Assembly: GCA_020051695.1 (NCBI GenBank)
Contig: JAGVQM010000019.1
Span: 79,937-143,936 of the forward strand
Length of the DNA stretch: 64,000 nt
Reading direction: 5' to 3'
DNA from: Candidatus Zixiibacteriota bacterium
GTDB taxonomy: Bacteria; Zixibacteria; MSB-5A5; WJJR01; JAJRUJ01
Shown: piece after piece, positions 9,551-17,863 of the stretch
How the letters are laid out: every line of letters begins with the position of its first letter
Numbering within the stretch: position 1 is the stretch's first letter
The notes under the pieces: model-generated
What the model was told of the DNA's origin: nothing
The model's input: the letters and a program-made list of their open reading frames with translations, nothing else
Databases searched by the model: none
Made by a program: the position numbers and the translations under genes

Positions 9551-9652
9551 TCGGCGGGCCGGTGGCTTGATTGATTACGCCGACCATCCAGCGTGATGAA
9601 ATCGAGCAGCCGGCGCAGGCAGGCAGCGCAACGGTTCGCTTGTGCCGGACAA

Positions 9653-10177
9653 TCAGCCCTTTAATTTTTTGCCGATCAAGTCTTTCAGCGCGCGCAGGGT
9701 GGCCGGGTCGGCGTCGTCGATGATGTTTTTCAGGTCGTTTTGCAGGCGGACCTGTTCGGCCAGGGTCTGTTCGTCTTTTGTGGTGTCCAGACCCAGGATT
9801 TGTTTGACCGCCGCGACGTAGTTGTCGGGTTTGACCGGTTTTTCGAGGTAAATCCCCGGCCCGGACATCGTCAGCTCCCGCAGGTCGGCCTTGCCCACGT
9901 CATCGCGCGCGTGGCCGGTCACAATGATGATCGGGATTTTGGCCCACTGTTTGTTCCTGGTCAGATCGCGGTAAAACTTGGCCCCGGATTTTTTGGGCAT
10001 CACCAGATCGAGCGAAATCAAATCGGGTACCTGCTGTTTGACTCGTTCCAGCGCCTGGAACCCGTCCTCGGCGGTGATCACCTCAAACCCGGCCTCGATT
10101 AACGCTGCCTGCAGAAACTTCCGCACATCGGCTTCATCATCAACGACCAGCACTGTTTTTTTACCGGTATCAGACAT
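9653..10177 (-). CDS. response regulator, receiver domain with a short C-terminal extension, no DNA-binding domain
   Basis: VLVVDDEADVRKF...D...LDLVMPKKSG receiver motifs; 174 aa. Confidence 0.8.
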   Translation of the reverse strand: MSDTGKKTVLVVDDEADVRKFLQAALIEAGFEVITAEDGFQALERVKQQVPDLISLDLVMPKKSGAKFYRDLTRNKQWAKIPIIIVTGHARDDVGKADLRELTMSGPGIYLEKPVKPDNYVAAVKQILGLDTTKDEQTLAEQVRLQNDLKNIIDDADPATLRALKDLIGKKLKG

Positions 10178-10210
10178 ACTATTCTCCCTGCGTCGGGTCT
10201 GCCGCCTACG

Positions 10211-11680
10211 TTACACTTCATGTTTGAACAACGCCATCAGTCTTTTTCGGGGGAACTCCATGCGAAACCTCGCGCCCCGGCCCGGCGTGGAATCGACGAT
10301 GATTTTCCCGCCGTGTTCCTGCACGATTTTCCGCGTGGTCAGAAGCCCCAGCCCGGTGCCCTCGCCGCCTTTGGTGGTGAAAAACGTCGTGAAAATTTTC
10401 TTTTTAATCTCATATTCGATGCCGCTGCCGTTGTCGGCCACATCGAAGACCAGTTTATCGCGAGTGTCCCTGATCCGCAACACGACCTCGGTGCCCTTCT
10501 GCTTGCCCATCAAACAGGCGTCGATGGCATTGGACACCAGGTTGGTCAGACAGGTATGGATGCCGTCGGGGTCCAGCGGCGCGCGCCGCAGGCGGGGGGG
10601 AAGATCGGCTTTCAGCTCGATCCCCGACTGGGCCGCGATATTCTTGTACAAATCGATGATTTCGGTGACGAGGCCCCGGGGATTGATCAGCTTCAGTTCC
10701 GGGAGCCGGCCTTTCGAAAAACTCAGGAAGTCTTTGACCAGTGAGGTGGTTTTCTCGAAGTTGCGTTCGAGCATTTCCCATCCCTCGCCGATCATCTTCT
10801 TATCATCTTTCTTCAGTCCCAGGCTGACGATATACTTGCCGCCTTCCAACCCCATGAGGATGTTCTTGATGCTGTGGGCCAGCCCGGCGACGGTCTGCCC
10901 CACCGCGCCGAGGCGTTCGGCCTCGATGACGTCATGTTCCAGCCGCTTGACTGCCGTGACATCGGTGGAAATTTCGATTACATGCTCCACCGGCCCGCGC
11001 CCCCGGGTCAAAGGCGAGGTGGAGACGACGTAGTGAATTTCCTGCCCGCGTTTGCCCACACCGACCTTGCTGGATCGATGCGGCTTGGCGTCATGAAACG
11101 TCTTGGCGGCGGGACAGTTGCGGCACCGCGACGTGCGGCGCTTGTAGACTTCATAGCAGTAGTGTCCCCGCACGTCGCCGAAGCTGTCCCGGAAACTTTC
11201 ATTAGCCCGCACAATCCGGTAATCGCGGTCAATTACGGTAATGAAACAGGGGACACGGTCGAACAACACCTGGATTTGCTGCTGCCAGCGGTCGGTTTCG
11301 GTGACCGCCCGGGTCATCTCCAGCACATATTCAATCGGCCCGCCTTCGCTTTTCCGCAGCGCGACACTGTGGCCGACATAATGGGCTTGCCGGCCGTACT
11401 GGTCGATGCCCACGGCGTCGGCGACTCGCGGCTTGCCGTCTTCAAAGACCTTGCCCGAAACACAATCATCGCAGGGGCGGTTCAGCTTTTTATAGACGGC
11501 GTAGCATTTTTTCCCATGCCAATCACCGAAATATTCGGCAAAGTTGTCATTGGCCTCTACGACATTATAATCGCGGTCGATGACCGCGACATTGTACGGC
11601 ACCTGCTGAAACAACGTCGCGAGGACCATGTCGTTCAAGCGCCGCGATGTTTTTGCCCGTCGATTACGCATGCCGTTCAT
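10211..11680 (-). CDS. sensor histidine kinase with two Cys-rich PAS-like modules
   Basis: Two repeated sensory modules, each carrying C-x(9-11)-C-x2-C (HGKKCYAVYKKLNRPCDDCVSG and RGHYCYEVYKRRTSRCRNCPAA). These are followed by HisKA (H at VAGLAHSIKN) and a HATPase_c (NLVSNAIDA...GTGLGL). Confidence 0.8.
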   Translation of the reverse strand: MNGMRNRRAKTSRRLNDMVLATLFQQVPYNVAVIDRDYNVVEANDNFAEYFGDWHGKKCYAVYKKLNRPCDDCVSGKVFEDGKPRVADAVGIDQYGRQAHYVGHSVALRKSEGGPIEYVLEMTRAVTETDRWQQQIQVLFDRVPCFITVIDRDYRIVRANESFRDSFGDVRGHYCYEVYKRRTSRCRNCPAAKTFHDAKPHRSSKVGVGKRGQEIHYVVSTSPLTRGRGPVEHVIEISTDVTAVKRLEHDVIEAERLGAVGQTVAGLAHSIKNILMGLEGGKYIVSLGLKKDDKKMIGEGWEMLERNFEKTTSLVKDFLSFSKGRLPELKLINPRGLVTEIIDLYKNIAAQSGIELKADLPPRLRRAPLDPDGIHTCLTNLVSNAIDACLMGKQKGTEVVLRIRDTRDKLVFDVADNGSGIEYEIKKKIFTTFFTTKGGEGTGLGLLTTRKIVQEHGGKIIVDSTPGRGARFRMEFPRKRLMALFKHEV

Positions 11681-11697
11681 CCTCCTGATAACCGAGT

Positions 11698-12081
11698 TCA
11701 GGAAACCAGCTCCTCGATGGTCTGTATGTATTCTGCCACATCGATCGGTTTTTCCATGAACCGCTCGGGCGCGGGGACCGACGCATCGGAGACGTACGAC
11801 CGAAAATCAAACGTCCCCCCCTGTCCCACACCGCTGATGATAATGACCGGGATATGCCGAAGGGCGGGGTCCTGTTTCAGCCGTTTATACATTGATATGC
11901 CCGATTCCCGGGGCATCATGATGTCCAGGCAAATGACATCCGGGTGCACGTCCGCCGCCGCCGCCAGGCCGGTTTCGGCGTCCAGCGCCACGGTCGGGGT
12001 ATACCCGTTGGCCTCCAGCACCGCCGACAGATACGTCGTGATATCCGGTTCGTCGTCGACCAGAAGAATATTTCTACTCAT
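11698..12081 (-). CDS. response regulator, single receiver domain
   Basis: Start moved to MSRNILLVDDEPDITTY (ATG at 12081, overlapping the upstream gene's stop by 8 nt). D-D-K receiver signature. The longer track ORF upstream is low-complexity. Confidence 0.8.
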   Translation of the reverse strand: MSRNILLVDDEPDITTYLSAVLEANGYTPTVALDAETGLAAAADVHPDVICLDIMMPRESGISMYKRLKQDPALRHIPVIIISGVGQGGTFDFRSYVSDASVPAPERFMEKPIDVAEYIQTIEELVS

Positions 12082-13948
12082 CGTCTGCACCTGTTTGTTC
12101 AACGGGACCGGGCAGGACCACCCGATTAAACTCTGCCGCCCGGGGATTGTCCCACACCGCGGCCTGCAGATATTCGGGTGGCACGGTTTCATGGCAGGTG
12201 GCACACAACGCCAGATCGGGTTTGTCCGCCTGCAACGCGGCCTGTTCCCGATGGCAGGTAATGCACTGCTGATGCAGGATATCGACATAGGCCGGCGCGA
12301 GATAACCGTCCGCAATAATCGGCGACCCCGGTGGGATTAAATCGAGGTGGCAGGCATCGCATTGTTTGGCCGTTGATCTTTGGCGTTCCAGACCCGGTGT
12401 ATGGCACTCGCCACAGGCCAGTCCGGCGCCCTGTGCGCTGCCGTGCCGGTCGTGGCCGAACATATCGGTGGCTGTGTACATCGCCCGGTGACATTCCCAG
12501 CAGCCGGTCTCCCGGTCCAGCGGTTTGTTCATGTGGTGACAACTTACGCAGGACTCCCGGCCTCGGGTGGTGTCGATATGGGCGGCATGGTTGAACAGCA
12601 CGCCGTAACCGTCGTGGTTCCCGTCAATATACAGCGTATCACCCCCCCGGGCCTTTTCGACAACGACGGTTTCGATTCCTTTGCTTTCCAGTTTGTGCCC
12701 CGGCAGCAGCGCAAAACCCAGGGCAAAACTCATGATGAACGCCAGTGAGTATTTGGTGCGTGCGGAGACGACCGGCTCACCCAGCCAGACTTCGGAGGTA
12801 TGGTCGAAAGAAGCTCCCGCATGCTTGTCGGTCTCCGGGTGTCGCGGGCGTTGTTCCCAGATATGGAATTTCTCAATGGCAAACAGGAACGCCAGCGCGG
12901 CAGCGGACACGACACCCAGACTGATGATAATTTCGGTCCAGGACGGCACATAGGTGTCGCCGGTGGCGCGCAGCATTGTCAACCCGCCGACATTGATCCG
13001 GTTGAAGATCATCCCGAACACAACCAGCGCCGATCCTGCCCACTGGCCCGCCGCGCTGTTGCGCGTGCGGGGGATGGAAAAGATGATGATCGGGATAATC
13101 ACCGAGATCATCAGCTCGGCGATAAACAGGTAACTTTCCCAGGTACCGGCGAAAATCAGACCAAACTCGCCGGACCACACCAGCTCCGCCATTTTGACGG
13201 CCAGGTAAATCCCCAAAACCCATACCGCGGCTTTACCCAGTTTGGCCACGAGGTGCGTTTCCGGTTTGCGGCGGTACAGCCAGTGTGACACCAGACTTTC
13301 GAACGAAACCATCATCAGCCCCAATGCTGCGGCCGAAATAAAAAACAAGACCGGCAGGATCTCGGAATACCAGAGCGGATGCAGCTTAAAGGGCATGATC
13401 AAAAACAGCGACCCCAGCGACGACTGGTGCAAGGTGGAAAGCATGATACCCAGCAGCACAAGGGGAAACCGAAAACGCATCAGGAACGCACGGATTTTCG
13501 CATACCGGCTGAATTCCTCCAGCGGTACCGGCGAAAATTCCAGCAACAGCACAGTCGTGTACAGCATCACGCACCAGCCGACTTCAAACAGCGGCGAATG
13601 CGGGTTCCAGAAGATGATCATGTGCCAGATATTCCACGGCAACCCCAAATCAAACATCAGACCGAACACCACCGCGATGTAGCCCAAAAAGGCGGTCAAT
13701 ACCGCCGGTTTGACCAGCGGGTGGAATTCCTCGCGTTTCATGATGTAAAAAATGGCGGTAATCACAAAGCCGCCGCCGGCCAGCGCTACCCCGGCCATCA
13801 CATCGAAGCCGATCCACAGTCCCCAGGGTGTCGCATCGGTGAGGTTGGTCGTGGCGCCCAGCCCGAAGATGAACCGGGTCACGCCCACTGCCGCGGCCAG
13901 CCCGGCGATCAGCCACAAAATCAGTTTGGTATTTTGCACTCTGTTCAT
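12074..13948 (-). CDS. NrfD/PsrC-family polytopic membrane subunit fused to a C-terminal hexaheme cytochrome c domain
   Basis: The N-terminal roughly 390 aa are NrfD-like TM helices (PWGLWIGFDV...). An extra TM follows, then six CxxCH motifs (CVSCH, CWECH, CGECH, CDACH, CITCH, CATCH). Confidence 0.75.
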   Translation of the reverse strand: MNRVQNTKLILWLIAGLAAAVGVTRFIFGLGATTNLTDATPWGLWIGFDVMAGVALAGGGFVITAIFYIMKREEFHPLVKPAVLTAFLGYIAVVFGLMFDLGLPWNIWHMIIFWNPHSPLFEVGWCVMLYTTVLLLEFSPVPLEEFSRYAKIRAFLMRFRFPLVLLGIMLSTLHQSSLGSLFLIMPFKLHPLWYSEILPVLFFISAAALGLMMVSFESLVSHWLYRRKPETHLVAKLGKAAVWVLGIYLAVKMAELVWSGEFGLIFAGTWESYLFIAELMISVIIPIIIFSIPRTRNSAAGQWAGSALVVFGMIFNRINVGGLTMLRATGDTYVPSWTEIIISLGVVSAAALAFLFAIEKFHIWEQRPRHPETDKHAGASFDHTSEVWLGEPVVSARTKYSLAFIMSFALGFALLPGHKLESKGIETVVVEKARGGDTLYIDGNHDGYGVLFNHAAHIDTTRGRESCVSCHHMNKPLDRETGCWECHRAMYTATDMFGHDRHGSAQGAGLACGECHTPGLERQRSTAKQCDACHLDLIPPGSPIIADGYLAPAYVDILHQQCITCHREQAALQADKPDLALCATCHETVPPEYLQAAVWDNPRAAEFNRVVLPGPVEQTGADDE

Positions 13949-13951
13949 CGG

Positions 13952-14710
13952 CTAGTCCTCGTGTGTGCCGTCTTTGCCGGCCAGTTCCATCCGGCGGCGG
14001 ATAATCCAATTCAGGCCGTACATCAGCCCGCCCATCCCGACAAACGCGAATGGCACGGCGTTCATCGCCTTCGCCGTAGTCTGGGGCAGCGGCCGGGTCC
14101 CCGGATTCGATGTATAGGCCAGGAAATCCAGATTAATATCGGAGATATATAATACTGAGGTGCCCCCCACCTCGTGTTCGCCCCAGATATGATCGATGTA
14201 CAATTCGGGATTCCGGGCGATTCGCGAGCGCGCCTCGGCGATCAGCGCGTCCCGTTCACCGAAGATCGTGGCTTGTTTCGGGCAGACCTCGGTGCAGGCG
14301 GGTTGCTGACCCTGTGTTATTCGATCATAACACAAAATGCATTTTTCCACGTACGGCACGGGCTGGTCCCAGTCATACCGGGGAATGCCGTACGGACACG
14401 CCATCATGCAGTACCGGCAGCCCAGGCATTTTTCCCGATCATACACCACCGCGCCCTGCGCGGTCTGATGCAGCGCGCCGACCGGACAAGCCGAGGCGCA
14501 CGCCGGTTCGAGGCAATGGCGGCATTGCTTGCGTACATAGTGGTCTTCTTGTTTTTTCAGTATCGCCGTCCAGTTGTCGGCCGACAACCCGTCGGTTTTC
14601 TGCCAGTACCGCGGCACGTCCAGCTCGAGCCGGTTGGCCTGCTTGCAGGCAGCCACGCACTCCAGGCAGCCGATACACCTGGTGACATCGGTCAGGATAG
14701 CCGCACTCAT
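13952..14710 (-). CDS. 4Fe-4S ferredoxin-type iron-sulfur subunit (NrfC/PsrB/HmcB-like) with C-terminal TM anchor
   Basis: Four Cys clusters (CIGCLECVAAC, CRHCLEPACASACP, CLGCRYCMMACP, CILC...CTEVCP) and a C-terminal hydrophobic helix. Confidence 0.8.
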   Translation of the reverse strand: MSAAILTDVTRCIGCLECVAACKQANRLELDVPRYWQKTDGLSADNWTAILKKQEDHYVRKQCRHCLEPACASACPVGALHQTAQGAVVYDREKCLGCRYCMMACPYGIPRYDWDQPVPYVEKCILCYDRITQGQQPACTEVCPKQATIFGERDALIAEARSRIARNPELYIDHIWGEHEVGGTSVLYISDINLDFLAYTSNPGTRPLPQTTAKAMNAVPFAFVGMGGLMYGLNWIIRRRMELAGKDGTHED

Positions 14711-15411
14711 ACCGGCGCTCCTTTCTTATTGAGGGTCGTGCCGACCGCATCGTCGGTTTCTGCCGGGAATTTCCAGGCCAGAGTGGAGATAAACTGGGAC
14801 AGCGGCAGCAGCACGCAATGCGCGATCTTGGTGAACGGGATCAGCACAAAAACCAACTCCGCCGCAAGAATGTGAATCAGCATGATTGTGCGGTATGTCC
14901 CCGGCGCAAGACCAACATTGGTGCACAAAAAGCCGGTCACGAAGGGTACGCTCAACAACAACGGCCAGAGATAATCCTGTTTGCGGCTGAGAAAACTCGA
15001 CGGCCGGCTGAATAAGCGGCCGACGAACAAGGCGAAAGCAAAGACAATTGTGCCGGCCGTCAGCCAGTCGGCAACCGCTTTGGGCAGTGTCGGCCAGGAT
15101 ACGCCGACCGCTTTTTGCCAGAGTTGCACGTGGGCAAAAAGAAAAAGAGGCACGAGCAGCAACCCCACATGAAAGGCGATGGACAGGATGCTGTAGAGCG
15201 GCCGGTTGCGGAACACGCGATTGACCGGGACAAACCATTGCAGTGTGCGCCGGGCAATCAGCGGCCAGGGCAGGACCTTGTCTCCGGCGCGCCGATAGGC
15301 TTCATACGCCCCATACAAATCCAAAAGCAGAATCCGGGCCAGCCCGAGCACCATGATCAGGAAACAAAAACGAAACAAAGGGCCTTGTGCAAAAGCCAGG
15401 AAACCGTCCAT
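14707..15411 (-). CDS. NarI/DsrM/HmcE-like membrane cytochrome b subunit
   Basis: 234 aa with five or six TM helices and conserved His in helices (FHVGLLL, LIHILAAE, KIAH). Gene boundaries overlap its neighbours by 4 nt, indicating translational coupling. Confidence 0.6.
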   Translation of the reverse strand: MDGFLAFAQGPLFRFCFLIMVLGLARILLLDLYGAYEAYRRAGDKVLPWPLIARRTLQWFVPVNRVFRNRPLYSILSIAFHVGLLLVPLFLFAHVQLWQKAVGVSWPTLPKAVADWLTAGTIVFAFALFVGRLFSRPSSFLSRKQDYLWPLLLSVPFVTGFLCTNVGLAPGTYRTIMLIHILAAELVFVLIPFTKIAHCVLLPLSQFISTLAWKFPAETDDAVGTTLNKKGAPV

Positions 15412-15414
15412 CGT

Positions 15415-16941
15415 CTACTCCTCTTCCCCGTTATGGTCATCCGGCCGGGCCGGCACTTTGAGCGATTCATCAAAAATAATGGCTTTGTAGATCAAATCAT
15501 GCAATCCCACGACCGCGCAATCGATCTTCTGGTCTTCGACCAGCTCGCGGAGCTGTTTTTTGCAATTGGCGCAGGGGGCGACCAGAATTTCGCAGCCGGA
15601 CTTGCGGATCTGATCGGCTTTCAGTTTCCCGCCGACCGTCGTGCGGTAGGGCCGTATTTCATCGATGGAGACCGTGCCGCCGCCACCGCCGCAACAGATG
15701 TTGTCCTCCCCCGAGGGAGTCATTTCGACATAATTGGGGCAGAAATCTTTGAGCAGCTCGCGGGGTTTGTCGATGATCCATCGCTGACGAGCAATGTTGC
15801 AGGGATCGTGATAGGCCACTTTCTGGGTGACAATTGTCGGATCGAGTTTGAGCCGGCCTTCTTTCCAGACCCGATGGGTATATTCCATGATATTTATCAC
15901 CGGGTACGCGTCTTTTCCTCCGCAGTATACCGGCAGAAAATACTTGGCCGAACGGGAGGCATGGCCGCATTCGCCGATCAGCACGTTTTTGCCCTTAAGC
16001 CGTCTGGTCTCGGCATCGATCTTTTTAACCACCCGCTCCAGGATGCGGTCGCTGTAAAACAGTCCATAGTTGATGCCGTCAAAGTATCCGGTACCGGTCG
16101 TCCAGGAATCCCCGGTTGCAGTGAACACCGCAGCAATGCCCATCAGCGTTTCGGCTTCCATCAAAAAATCGCTGACCGCCGGGAAAAACACATAATCGGC
16201 GCCTTCGACGTCCAGGGGGAACTTAATGGCGACCCCCTTTTCCTCCTGCATATCGTCGGAAAGGAATTCCAGAGTATCGATGAGGGCAGGGACCGGAATG
16301 GCCGAGGTATTGCCGGAGTCGCCCTCCAGTTGTTCCCGGGTGCTGACGACCAGCGCGCGCGGCGCGATGCCGATCTCGCTGAGAATATACCGGCCGAGGT
16401 GCGTCAGCAGACCATGATCGATCCCGGACGGGCACTCCAGCGCACAGCGGCGGCAGGCCGTACAGTTCCAGAAACTCTCGGCCATTTCCTCGATCTTTTC
16501 ATCTGTCAGATGTCCGGTTCCCGCCAGCCGCCCCCGCAGCATCCCACCCATCGTGAAATGACGGCGATAAATGCTGAGTAATAACTCCGACCGATAGCAG
16601 GGAATATCCTTCAGGTCTCCGGTGGCTTGAAAAACCTGGCAGGTGACGGCACACCGCGAACACTTGGCGCTCAGGCGGATGTAATGGTCCAGCGCCAGGC
16701 GGTAGTTCGAATGTTTCAATATCGCGGCGAAGGCCTCGAGGAAGCGGCGCGGCCGGTCGGCAACGTCATAGTCCTCGACATGGTAACGCACATTGAGCCG
16801 CTGCCGCTCATTGACCTCCGGTTTTCGCGCTGAAACAAACGCCCGGTCGCGTTCTTCGGGGGTAATCATTTTGGTTTTCATCGATACTCCGTGCTGTTCA
16901 ATCATCCGGCTTGGTGGTTTGGTCCCGGTCCGGTCATTCAA
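15415..16941 (-). CDS. HdrD/DsrK/HmcF-like Fe-S protein with two CCG domains
   Basis: N-terminal ferredoxin-like CxxCxxC...CP motifs (CSRCAVTC, CTACRRCALECP) and two CCG-type Cys motifs (DPCNIARQ...NICCGGGGG, APCANCKKQ). Confidence 0.75.
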   Translation of the reverse strand: MNDRTGTKPPSRMIEQHGVSMKTKMITPEERDRAFVSARKPEVNERQRLNVRYHVEDYDVADRPRRFLEAFAAILKHSNYRLALDHYIRLSAKCSRCAVTCQVFQATGDLKDIPCYRSELLLSIYRRHFTMGGMLRGRLAGTGHLTDEKIEEMAESFWNCTACRRCALECPSGIDHGLLTHLGRYILSEIGIAPRALVVSTREQLEGDSGNTSAIPVPALIDTLEFLSDDMQEEKGVAIKFPLDVEGADYVFFPAVSDFLMEAETLMGIAAVFTATGDSWTTGTGYFDGINYGLFYSDRILERVVKKIDAETRRLKGKNVLIGECGHASRSAKYFLPVYCGGKDAYPVINIMEYTHRVWKEGRLKLDPTIVTQKVAYHDPCNIARQRWIIDKPRELLKDFCPNYVEMTPSGEDNICCGGGGGTVSIDEIRPYRTTVGGKLKADQIRKSGCEILVAPCANCKKQLRELVEDQKIDCAVVGLHDLIYKAIIFDESLKVPARPDDHNGEEE

Positions 16942-17689
16942 TATTCATAGAGGCCCGTTCGTGGTTGCGCACGGGGCCTTTGAGGATCGGCAATTTATTA
17001 CTTCCAACCGCTATTGTCTGCGTATCGCCGGCTTCAGGATCGAGTAGTTCAATCCCGTATTCCCGGCAGAACTTGGCTACTGTCGGGTTGGCGGGGCAAA
17101 CGTAGACCCGAGCATCATAATCCGCGCCGGTCGTGTGATGAAATTCCACGATTTCATGTGTCGCATTATAGGTGTGCGCCCCGCAGCAGACAGCGACTTT
17201 GACCATCCGTCCGCAGACCGGGCAGGTTATCCGCGCGACCAGATCAACCAGGAAGGAGTCTTCTCCCGGCCCCGCTTCGGCCTGGTATCCGTGCTGTTCG
17301 AACAACTCCCTGGCCCAGCCGATCAATGCTTGATGGTCGCAGGAAGTGGTCAGCACATCCGCCGCCTGCGCCTCGACCCGGAGATCGCCAGCCAGGAAGG
17401 CCTTGATCGCCGGGCGGACCGGGCCGGTAACATTTTGGATAACCGAAATTCCGGAGGCGGCGAGCATATCCCTGTAAGAGCCTTTAATCCCGTTACAGAT
17501 GAGGGTGCCGACGCGGTGGATTTGGAGCAAGCGCACCCGCCGATACCCCTCCGGTCCCGCGCATTCAACGTGGGTCTCGGTACTTTTGCGGTTTTTCTCC
17601 TGGGTGATGACCAAAAAGTACCGGGCCGCCTCAAAGCGGGGGGCGATGATCTCACCCAGATATGGAATTGCAACTTTCATCGGTGCCAT
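16934..17689 (-). CDS. NifX/NafY-like (dinitrogenase FeMo-cofactor-binding fold) protein with Cys-rich C-terminal extension
   Basis: N-terminus MKVAIPYLGEIIAPRFEAARYFLVIT...ICNGIKGS...GISVIQ matches the Nitro_FeMo-Co family pattern. The C-terminus carries CPVCG...CCGAH...CPAN. Confidence 0.6.
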   Translation of the reverse strand: MAPMKVAIPYLGEIIAPRFEAARYFLVITQEKNRKSTETHVECAGPEGYRRVRLLQIHRVGTLICNGIKGSYRDMLAASGISVIQNVTGPVRPAIKAFLAGDLRVEAQAADVLTTSCDHQALIGWARELFEQHGYQAEAGPGEDSFLVDLVARITCPVCGRMVKVAVCCGAHTYNATHEIVEFHHTTGADYDARVYVCPANPTVAKFCREYGIELLDPEAGDTQTIAVGSNKLPILKGPVRNHERASMNIE

Positions 17690-17703
17690 CTCAGCCGCAC
17701 GTA

Positions 17704-17720
17704 TTGCATGGCCCGTGCCA
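17704..17720 (-). promoter_or_regulatory. sigma54 (-24/-12) promoter TGGCACG-N4-ATGCA
   Basis: Minus strand reads TGGCACGGGCCATGCAA, with the GG and GC dinucleotides 12 nt apart. It sits between the upstream sigma54 activator gene (ending 17864) and the NifX-like/redox-complex operon (starting 17689). Confidence 0.55.
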
Positions 17721-17863
17721 ACAGTTGTCTGTATGGCTTTCGTGTTGATTTTCAGCGGTTTGGACTTTTAAACCGATGGACAACGTTGCAGGTGATGCAA
17801 CATGTCGCGTTGCGTCGCAACGTGAAATCGTTGCATCTGACAAAAATATCGGGCGAGAACCAG

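Noticed and set aside
10874-12340. 488-aa plus-strand ORF
   Set aside because: Antisense to the histidine kinase and response regulator genes. It is a product of high GC content with few stop codons in that frame.
13379-14152. 257-aa His/Gln/Arg-rich ORF on the plus strand
   Set aside because: Antisense to the NrfD-like and Fe-S subunit genes; compositionally biased; no ribosome-binding site.
15115-16581. 488-aa plus-strand ORF
   Set aside because: Antisense to the HdrD-like gene. Arg/His/Gly-rich with no domain features.
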